Assembly (NCBI RefSeq): GCF_964355755.1
Contig: NC_092672.1
Coordinates: 18,985,237-19,049,236, forward strand
Source: Antedon mediterranea
Lineage: Eukaryota > Animalia > Echinodermata
Reading direction: 5' to 3'
DNA: 64,000 nt
This document shows, piece after piece, positions 1 through 10,300 of this stretch. The position numbers and the translations under genes are program-made. A model generated the notes under the pieces. That model was not told the origin of the DNA. It worked only from the letters and a program-made list of their open reading frames with translations, and ran no database searches. Position 1 is the stretch's first letter. Each line of letters begins with the position of its first letter.

Positions 1-1915
1 AACACCCTCATAATTAATGAACTCTACCAATGTTGATCCGCTGCAAAGAACAACAGATCGCACATCGCACGAGGTTGTTGAGGCGGTGTTTTATTTGGTT
101 TTACTGTACGATTCGATAATAGGAACATGTTAAATGATTTAAAAGGCATGGATTCGCCAAGCAAGTAGGCCTACGTTTAATAAAAATTTACCTAAGATTT
201 TCGTAAGCTCTTTTGTTCAAACTTGTTATTTATATAGCAATAATCCACCCGTTCCGGCATGCACGCTAGGCCTCTGGCTCTAGCCTCTAGGCCTACTCCT
301 CGATCGATCGATGTCGCTGGTGGTGGAAAATTTCCCGGCGATAAGAAATCGGCGAAATAGCTCATAAACGGCCTACATTTTAATGTTATCTTTAATGCCA
401 GTGTAATTACGTATGGATAAAACAATATAAAACTCAATGTTTTTCATCTGAAATAATATGTTAACTCGCGTAATGTAGCATAAGACGGATTCGGAATAGT
501 TATTTCGATTGTTTTTGAGTTTTAAAATGGTAGCTAGCTAGGACCTAGAAGTAGAAGCCCTTAGGCTAGGCCTGTGCCTAAAAAAAATGAGTAAATTCTA
601 TTGGGCAATACTATCATGTGTAAATATTGTACATTATGTAATTAAGTTAAATTATTTTATATACTGAATTTTAGTTAATAAAATACATGCAGTATATATT
701 TTTAAAATTCTTTGTACTGAGGATGTGTCCATAAAAAAAATAAGAATGTAAAAATACTGATGGATAAACCTATGTAAAAATTAAGCCAACTTATGTGTAA
801 ATATTGTATACTGACTATATGTAAGTAACATATTTAGTTAATTAAGAGACGTAAACGACACGCGTTGATTTTCGATTCCCCGCGCGTTGACTTTTGACGC
901 CCCTACGAAAATGTGGTTCACGACAAAATCTCCTGCAAATGGACTTTCCCAAGTTGGGACCTCTGTGCATTGTGTTGGCTTTTCATGAATGTGAAACAAT
1001 GTGAAGTAATTTGTAAACCGTGTGTGTAAATGTTTTATATGTAAATGTATGTCTGTGTGATGTACTTGAATTGTGTACAGTTATACAGTAGCCCTGGCAT
1101 AATCAAAATCTTGCAGGCACTTTTTTTTTCCTACTGTACTTCAATGAGGCATGGTTGGATGTATTGATTCTCCCCCTGGAAAAAATAGTTTTTAATATAC
1201 CATTTTAATGTCACTTAATAGTAAAAATTCCTTTTTTTTAAACCAAAAATTGGATCGAAACAAAATAATTTTCCCGAAAAACTGTAAATTAAAGCAAAAA
1301 ATAGTCTTGCAAATTACTAATATTAGTGACATAAAGGGATCCATACTCTAGAAAGGGTTATTAGATATTAACCAATCAGAATGACATTTGATGTGAATAC
1401 AGCATTGTACAAAAGGTCTTTTGTACTGTTATAATATTTAAAGCATGTGTAGTAAAGGTGTCACCCATTTGTGAACATACAAATTAAACTTGCATTTAAT
1501 TGGCAAGATTGACCAAGATGAGACACTAACCAAGAGTAATTTGAATGTTCATGACACGTTTTAATTTTTGTAAAGTACAATTGATCAAACCAATTTAATT
1601 AAAAATTTAAAAAGTAACACAAACTAAAATTAAACTTTATTTGTTTTATTGTCAAGTTGCTAATAATGAGTATTATGTTAAATTTGTCTTCTTTTGTTCA
1701 ATTTGGAAAAAATTAAAATACTGTTCTTGAATATTGAAAATGGAGGATTTTTTTTGGTTCTTTTTGACAATTTTAACTGAAAAAAAATTATTTCTCAATA
1801 ATTTACAACATAAGATTTTTACTTCATCTTGAATTGTATTTCACTTTATCCAGGTAAAGCTAGGCATGATATACAGTAGACATTTACATTTCTGGATGAC
1901 AATGAGTAAATTTAC

Positions 1916-2017
1916 CTTTAAAGCAAAAGCATGTTTCGTTCCAGGTAATTCAAGCTCCGTTGTTTCTCTAACTTCTTCTATCAGGAAGCAGTATATTCCT
2001 GCTTTTGGTTTTGATGA
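1916..2017 (-). CDS. SH2B: SH2B adaptor protein, coding exon 2 (PH domain); the gene continues beyond the left edge
   Basis: AG/GT-bounded 102-nt phase-0 exon (not in the ORF track) encoding SSKPKAGIYCFLIEEVRETTELELPGTKHAFALK. It continues ...FYAPPK of exon 1 and resembles the SH2B1 PH segment (SRPRLSIPC..ITDVRTTTALEMP...TFVVK). Confidence 0.88.
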
Positions 2018-2294
2018 CTGTTGGGCAAAAATAGATTAACATTTTAAACAAGAAATATTTCTTACAAAAAACACTGCTCGCTTATTGAAAAATATTGTTT
2101 ATTTCAAATGTTTTTTAATGTGTCATTTTATTGTCACATAATAGTTATTTTAGCTGAAAAAAATGTAATTAAAAGCAACAAATACTTAAATTGTCTGTCA
2201 GACAATGGTTTTTGGGTTTCTTTTCTCTTTTTATATGTGAATAAATATAATTTTTTTTTTTAAATACTCAATTTCTGTCACTTTAGTTAATTTT

Positions 2295-2636
2295 ATTGCT
2301 AAGGTCAAGTCTGGGGGTCACTCACAACTCTAGATATTTCAAGTGTGAAGTATCCTATTACAAACACAAACTTTAATGGACTGTTTTGATAATAATTAAA
2401 TGAATATCTGACAGTACCAGAAATGCTTTGGGATTTGTAATTTTAGCATGACATGTCCTAATAGACTCTTTTCCCAGACGTTTTTTGGGTCTACTGTAGC
2501 AGCTGGAATCAATAAATTATAGTGGAGTTTCCATTTTCGCAAAACTGTCGTCCTTAGAACTATAACTGCTGCTTGCTTTAGCTTCTGATTGAGTAGTCCT
2601 AATGGGACGTAGCGGGCTAGAGCAGCAGCGTGAAAA
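2295..2636. ncRNA. Candidate structured RNA element of unknown family, copy 1
   Basis: Block-wise conserved with 19430-19728. Predicted pairings: CTAAGG/CCTTAG, GTCTGGG/CCCAGAC, GATATTTCA/TGAAGTATC, CTGCTGCTT/GAGCAGCAG. No known family recognised. Confidence 0.35.
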
Positions 2637-4300
2637 GGTATATTATTCAACAACTGCACACACAAGGCGCTGGGGTTAAAAAATCACATACAGTACAGTA
2701 CAGTAACCTGTATACTAGACTAGGGATATTGTACACTAAAAGAACCAATTATCGATGATCTTTATAGATAGTAAATGTGAAATGAACCACTACAGCTTTT
2801 TTCATCTTCATCGTTGCTGCAACTGAACGCAACTGACCTTAACTGGCCTGCAACTGACCTCAACTGAATGCAACTTTTAGTTGACATGTTTTATTTTTTC
2901 CAGTTGCTAGAAAGTTGACATACAGTAAGTACTGTAGTTTCTTTCAGTTGAGTTACGTTGAGTTATAATAAGTGCACATTTAATCTTATAGTGGAACCGT
3001 ATTTATAACTTTAATGGTTCAAGCCTCACTAAAACAAATATGGTGATAGAACAAGTATAAACCATATGTCAAGTGTACACATATTTATACTCATGTGTAC
3101 TTAAATAACAAAAAGTACATCTTTGGATATGAGTGGAGGTTACCCTGTACTGTTGTGTACTGGCTCATGCAGCCACTGTGGTGGACAAGCAAAATTTAGT
3201 AAAAAATAATAAAGTAATTTTTATACTGATTTATATCTTGTTTATGTACAGTATCACAATAATTAATTTTGCCATTGGGCCACCATTAATATTACCACCA
3301 ACCATTTTTGTGCAATAAAGTTTAATGAACAGTTAGTAGGATATGTTTGTTAGACTGACTACAGTATTGTAAAGAATATATTGAAGCAACATTTGATATC
3401 ATCATAAATCATTTACATTTTCTAATGGTATGGCATGGTATACTATAAAAGTATACACTGTCTCTCTGGATGTACTGTAGCTCTGAAATAACATCTCAAC
3501 ATAAAAACTTTAAAAAAAGTATTGCTAATCAATTATCAAAATTTAAAAAAAGGTCTACTATTACTGTAATATTGTTAGGTCTTTCAGTAAGCATTACAGT
3601 ATAAGAATATTACTGTATGGTGTATTTCAGTGTACAAGTCGCACCTGTGTATAAAACACACCCAAATAATAACAAAACATTATTCTTTGTCGTAATACAG
3701 TATATAATTTATAAGATACACTTATTTCTAGGCCGGAATTTAAACATTTTACAATCAAAACATTGGTATTTTTAATAAAATAATGATACTTCAGACGTAT
3801 TTTTGTTCAAGATGATATAATTTCATTTATTTGATTGCCTTTTTTATTACATCATAATCAGGGGTCTTCTACTATAAAGTGAATGTTCCACGAAAATAAA
3901 AATCCCCACAATTCTTCAGTTACGATGCACTGTGTGGTGAGGCTAACCCTCATGTACGTCTTTCATTGCATACTGTTAACACTTTGACTGCCAAACACGA
4001 AGATCTTCGTTTTTAGAAATACAACGCTTGACTGCCAAACACGAAGATCTTCGTTTTTGATGTTTTTTTAATGAATCCGATATATTGGTTAATTATTGGT
4101 TTATATTACAAATTTGAACACTATATTCGGTCTGGACCACAAATATTTTACTATTTGAAAGTACCTGACGATAAAAATGGATACACTGTAACGATCCTAA
4201 CGACGATTTGTTTGGTTGGTCGGCGGCAAGAAGCGGCGGGAAGATACAGCCGCAAGCCGATCACTATACTGAGCTATTATATACAGCGTATTATATAACC

Positions 4301-7300
4301 ATGGCGCGTCGTATGAGTGCGGACGAAGCATTTGCAGAGTATTTTGCTGATTCTGACTCTGAAAATGACATCCTAGTTTCAGATGATGTAAGTAAACACA
4401 CCTTATTGTTGTATATAGTAAATTATAATGTAAAGTAAGGGCTCTAAACACAGCGTGTACAACTAAACATTTATTCAGAAGAGAGAGAACAATTATGGCA
4501 CGCCAAAGGCGTCGTTACAACATGCATATATAACACATCCTCCCTACCATTTTAAGAATAGTAAAGACTAGATTCTAGAGTTCTGTACTGTTCTGTAATC
4601 ATTCGTAATTATAATGTTTCAATCAAAGTTTTCTGTATAATATCTTTCAATGCAATAATGAATAATAAAGTTCAACTAAAATCAACTTCTTGTTTCATGT
4701 CTATTTACAAGTCTAGTCTCTTTGGTGGGCGAATATTATTTCTTTTTGGATATCGACGTATGGGTGCAGTTTCTTGTGTAAGAGATGCGCTGCCAGTTGT
4801 AACAGGTGTGTCGGCGTTAACATTTCGAGTAAGGTTATCTGATTGTGGAGCGTCTGTTGGATTTAGTATTTCTGGAACATGGTCATCCTGGGTGAATATT
4901 TCTGTAGGAGTGACATTCACCATAGTTGGGTGTAGTTGATCAGCATGACGCCTCCATACTGTTCCAAGTCCTGTGTCAACTGTGTAAGATAGTGGACCAG
5001 TTTTTCCTTGTATTTGAGCTGGTATCCATTTCTGGTTTGTGTTACGATAATCACGGACCATTACTGATTGTCCGGGTTGAAACTCTCGGATACTGGTTCC
5101 ACAATGTTTTGCAAACTTCATACGATCTTGACCTTTCAAGACAGTAGCTGTTAGATCCGGTTTCAAAAGATCCAAACGCGTTCGTAGATTGCGTCCGTAG
5201 AGTAATTTTGCAGGTGTTTCCTTGGTAAGTGTATGAGGAGTTGTTCTGTACTTAAACAGAAATGTACTCAGATGTTGCTGTAATGAACAACAACTGTTTC
5301 CTCTTGCTTGCTTAATGGCCAATTTAAACGTTTGCACAAATCTCTCTGCTAGGCCATTTGTTCTGGGGTGATATGGGGATGATGTGGTATGTCGAATACC
5401 ATTTGCTTTCATGAAATCTGTAAATTCCTCCGACTTAAATTGAGGACCGTTGTCCGATACAATTTGTCTGGGAATACCATATTGGCTAAACATAATTCGC
5501 AATTTCTCAATAGTCAGTTGTGCTGTAGTAGATCTCATTGGATAAACTTCTGGCCATTTGCTATGGGCGTCAACAACAATTAAAAACATAGAGTTCATGA
5601 ATGGCCCTGCAAAATCTATATGTAAGCGATCCCATGGGGCAGATGGCCACTCCCAAGGGTGTACTGGTGCGGATTTTGGCATTTTGCTTGTTTGCTGGCA
5701 ACCGATACAAGATTTACAAACTTGTTCAATTTCGCAATCAATGTTAGGCCACCAGATGTAAGAGCGAGCTAAGTTTTTCATCTTAACAATCCCAATGTGT
5801 CCATCATGTATTTCATTAAGAATAGCAGCACGAAGTCTATCTGGAATTAGTACTCGATTTCCCCACATTAAACACCCTTGATGGCAAGTAAGTTCTGTAA
5901 GACGGCGCTTGTAGGGTGTGTACGCTTCTTGGTCAGGAAGTTTGTTAGTCCCTTTTAAAACAGTATCTAATACGTGTGACAGAATCTGATCTTTCTGTGT
6001 TTCTTTCCGTATTTCTGTACTTGATATCGGCAACCTTTCAATCTGGGAGGTGTAGAATGTAGATGCCTCATCGACGTAATCAATCACATCTGTAGGTATA
6101 GGCAATCTACTCAATCCATCAGCATTCCCATGAGCGTGCGTGTTGCGATATTCGATATCATATGTATGTCCAGATAGGTAAAGGGCATATCTTTGTAGTC
6201 TTGCAGCAGTCATTGCTGGAATTGACTTTTGTGGATGCAAGATGCTTACTAGCGGCTTATGATCTGTCACCAAAGTAAAATGTCGGCCATGCAGGTAAGT
6301 ATGAAACTTTTGTATTCCCCAATAAAGTCCTAATGCTTCCTTATCTATTTGGGCATAGCCCTTTTCAGCTTTTGTTAAGGAGCGAGAAGCAAATGCAATT
6401 GGTCTTTCCTTTCCGTCTGGCATAATATGTGAAAGAACGCTACCAAGGCCGTATGGCGATGCATCACAGGCTAGTTTAACTGTTAGTTCAGGATTATAGT
6501 GGCATAGAACTTGGTCTGAAGTTATAAGTTCTTTGACCGCTTTAAAAGCTTCATCACATGAATTTGTCCATTTCCAAGTTTTTTCATTTTGTAAGAGTTC
6601 ATTCAGGGGTGCGACTATGGACGATAAGTTTGGCAAAAACCTACGATAGTAATTTATTAAACCCAAGAATGATCGCATTTGCTGTTTGTTGTCAGGTTTT
6701 GGCGCATTGATAACTGCATGTATCTTGTCAGGGGATTTCTGTAACCCTTTTTCAGTTATCACATGACCACAGTATGTGATGTCCTCTTTGAAAAACTCAC
6801 ATTTCTCACGATTTACTCTTAAGTTGTATTTCTCTAATCTCTCTAAAACTGTGTCCAAGTTTTTTAAGTGTTCCTCAGTTGTTTTTCCGCTGATGATCAT
6901 ATCATCCAATATGCAAGATGTAAAGGGTACATTTTGCAGTACCTGGTCCATCGCTCTTTGCCAGATTGCAGGAGCTGAGGCTACACCAAATGGAAGTCGG
7001 TTATATCTAAATAACCCTTTATGCGTATTAATAGTTAACAGTTCCTTTGAAGTGTCTTCCACTTCCATCTGTAAATATGCTTGTTTAAGGTCAATTTTTG
7101 TAAATTTCTGACCTCCTGCTAGAGATGCAAAGATATCTTCTATTTTAGGTAATGGGTACTGTTCTACTTTCATCACAGGATTAATTGTAACTTTAAAGTC
7201 ACCACAGATTCTAACTTGCCCTGACTTCTTCTGTACAGGTACAATGGGAGCTGCCCATTCGCTGTATTTCACAGGGCTAATAATCTCTTGATTTTGTAGT

Positions 7301-10300
7301 CGTCCAAGCTCTTTTTCGACCTTGTCCCTCATTGAATATGGGACATTTCTTGGCTTGTGGAACTGTGGTTTGCTGTTTTCAGTTATGTAGATACTAGCTT
7401 TAATATTCTCCAGTTTCCCCAATTCATCTTTAAAAACAGCTTTATGTTTTTCTAAAATTTCATCCAGACCTTTAGTTGTTGCTTTTGCCTCATCAATGGC
7501 TTTTATTTCATGCCAATCTAATTTAAACTTCTTTAGCCAATCACGTCCGAATAAGGCTGGTCCGTTCAATGGAACGACCAATAACTCTGCAATTTCTTCA
7601 TGATTGTTAAGACACACTTTAGTATTTAGCATGCCTATTGGTACAATAGTCTCACCAGAATATGTTTTCAACCTAATTGTAGTTTTCTGTAATGGTAACG
7701 ACTGGAATGCTTTCTTGTAGGTCAACTCTGGAATCAGTGATACTGATGATCCAGTGTCCAATTCCATAGGGATTTTCTTTCCATTTATAGATGCAACCAC
7801 TATAATTGGCTCCACTTTTGACTTATGATTTGCATATAGCATAGGTTCATAGTTGACTTCCTCTCCCTGTACATACTGTACATTCTTTTTAAGGTTACCA
7901 GTGTTAGGCTTTGACACATTATTGTCTTTCTTTTTCTTCATGCATACTTTTTCTAGATGTCCTTCCTTGGAACAGTAATTGCAAACAGTATGTATGTGCC
8001 TGCAGTGATCAGCTTTATGGCCTGTATTACCACATCTGTAACAGTGTGTAGATGCTTTACTTTGTTTATGACCTTGGTGTCTTTTAGATTGGTAATTTTT
8101 TGTAGTAAACTTATTTACATTGCTCTCACCTGTAGTATTTGGTGTCCTTGTTTTCTGAAATTCTGTAGCATCACGACTTGCTGTTTCCATAGCTACAGCG
8201 GTTTTAATTGCATCATCTAATTTAAGGTCATGAACCGCCAGTAAACGTTTCTGAATGTTCTCTTGACGCAACCCGCAGACGAAAATGTCTCGCAGTGTCG
8301 AGGTCAAAGTGTTTCCGAAATTGCAATGAATGGCTAACCTTCGTAGTTCAGCAATGTATGAAGCAATGCTTTCCCCGCTATGCTGTTCTCTTTTGTAGAA
8401 CCGAAATCGTTCAGCGATTTCCGATGGCTTTGGGCAAAGATGTGTCGTGAGCTTTGTAATTAAATCTGCGTAAGACAGTGTCGCTGGTTTCTCCGGTGAA
8501 CACAAATTCTTTAGTAGCGTGTACGTTTTCGGTCCGATGAGTGCAAGCAATGCCGGTACCTTCCGATCATCATCGACCTTGTTGGCTACAAAATATTGAT
8601 CTAACCGTTCGGTATACGAATCCCAAGCTTCTAAAGATGAATCAAATTCTTCCACCTTTCCTATTATAACTGCCATGCTCATCTTCGTCGCCAAAATTTA
8701 TGTTGTATATAGTAAATTATAATGTAAAGTAAGGGCTCTAAACACAGCGTGTACAACTAAACATTTATTCAGAAGAGAGAGAACAATTATGGCACGCCAA
8801 AGGCGTCGTTACAACATGCATATATAACACTTATAAAATATATAAACTGTAGGCTAGGCCTTTAGGGTGGCCTACTAGCTAGGCCTACTAGGCCTAGGCC
8901 TAGGCCTATATTAGGCTACTAGCCTAGGCTATTCTATAGGCCTAGCTAGCTAGGGCTAGCTAGGCTAGGACGGATTAGCCTAGGTAGGCCTAGGCTAGGT
9001 CGGCTAGGCTAGGCCTAAGAAGCCTATAGCCTAGCTAGGCCTAGTAGTATAGGCCTAGGCCTACTACTAATAATACCCTTTTTAGGCCTGTAGAAACTTA
9101 CTTCTTGGGCCATCGTCAACTAGGCCTAGTAGGAGCCTAGAGGCCTCTAGCTAGTTGTCGATGGCCCAAGATACTAGGCTAGGCCTGGCCCTAGCTAGCA
9201 TAGGACAGAGAGAGATACAGATAGGCTAGGCCTAGAATACTAAATGTAGCCTATATAGGCCTAGGCCCTAGGGATACCAGCCTGTGGTTTAGTAATACTA
9301 ATAGTAGGTATGCCTAGGCCTACTACTAGGCTATACACACTCCGACATAGCCTATAGCTATACTATAGTAGGCATTCTAATAAGTGTACTTGTTAGTCTC
9401 TCTGCTTTAGTGGACTAGCAGGCCTTCCTACCGGTAGCTCTTGGCCAAGTATTGTCGTCCTAGTCTCTATTAGACCTTGGTTAGCTACCTAGGGTAGGTA
9501 GACGAATAAAAAAATATATATTCTCAACAGGAAGATCATGGTACCTCAGAAAATGATGACTTGGATAGTGGAGATGATATTGATAATATGGAAGAAAATG
9601 TAAATTATGGAGGAGGTAGCTTTGAAATGGAACATGATGTAAGTAAAGTAGTATCCTCTTGTACTGTAAGTACATATACGTCCTAGCTAGAAATACGGTA
9701 CCACATACCATATACCATGTATATATATCTTCTACTTGTATGGTAAATGTCATTACATCATAGCCATCTAATACGAATGGCGATCTTCGCAACAAGCTAA
9801 TGGTAGGTTAGGTTCAGTTGATAGTTGAGAAATGACATGTATAATACACTGTATGTCAAACCCAAACAATGTTAGCCTACTATACTAGGAAAAATAACAT
9901 ACACGCTAATTAATATAATATGTTGGTTTTTTTTGTGTACTATTTACATATTTAAATATATTCTCAACAGCAGCATTATGATATAGCAGAAAACGGTGAC
10001 ATTGGTGATGGTTTTGTTGAAGAAGATGTAAATGAAGGAGGTAGTTTGGAAATGGAATATGATGTAAGTAGAGTATTTATTTACACAAAATTACTTTTGT
10101 GTTTACAATCAAAGTATATTTATCAAAATGTTGGTAAACTCAGCCGTTTTTGTTTGTACCACAAATTTATAAAGTGTAGACATAAAGTAATATGTTTATT
10201 TTTTTTATTCCTTACTAAATAAAGATAATTTTATTTTTTATTCACAATGCATAGAAGAGGAAATTGGAGTGGAGTTGTGGCTTGGTGGTTATGATGCTTG

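Larger units (their letters stand above)
4407..8829 (-). mobile_element. Full-length Ty3/gypsy (Mag/K02A2.6-like) LTR retrotransposon
   Basis: Two identical 129-bp TG..CA LTRs (4407-4535, 8701-8829); 5-bp TSD CTTAT (4402-4406, 8830-8834); PBS TGGCGACGA; PPT GGTAGGGAGGATG; single intact gag-pol ORF. Confidence 0.97.

Noticed and set aside
950-966. AAGTTGGGACCTCTGT shared with 20121-20136
   Set aside because: Probably ends of a repeat family, but in the same orientation with no partner TIR found.
2585-2615. Hammerhead or HDV ribozyme within the duplicated element
   Set aside because: CTGATTGAG..GTCC/GGAC is followed by GTAG, not GAAA, in both copies; no HDV double pseudoknot could be built.
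2295-2636. RNase P/MRP or telomerase RNA
   Set aside because: No P1 closure or CR-I/CR-V spacing; no CTAACCCT template or H/ACA boxes in the element.
2396-2665. 89-aa minus-strand ORF over the duplicated element
   Set aside because: The paralogous copy has a stop and non-triplet indels; conservation follows pairing rather than codons.
4658-8220. Short plus-strand ORFs overlapping gag-pol, and most other 60-130 aa ORFs in the track
   Set aside because: Antisense shadows or chance ORFs in AT-rich or repetitive DNA without motifs.
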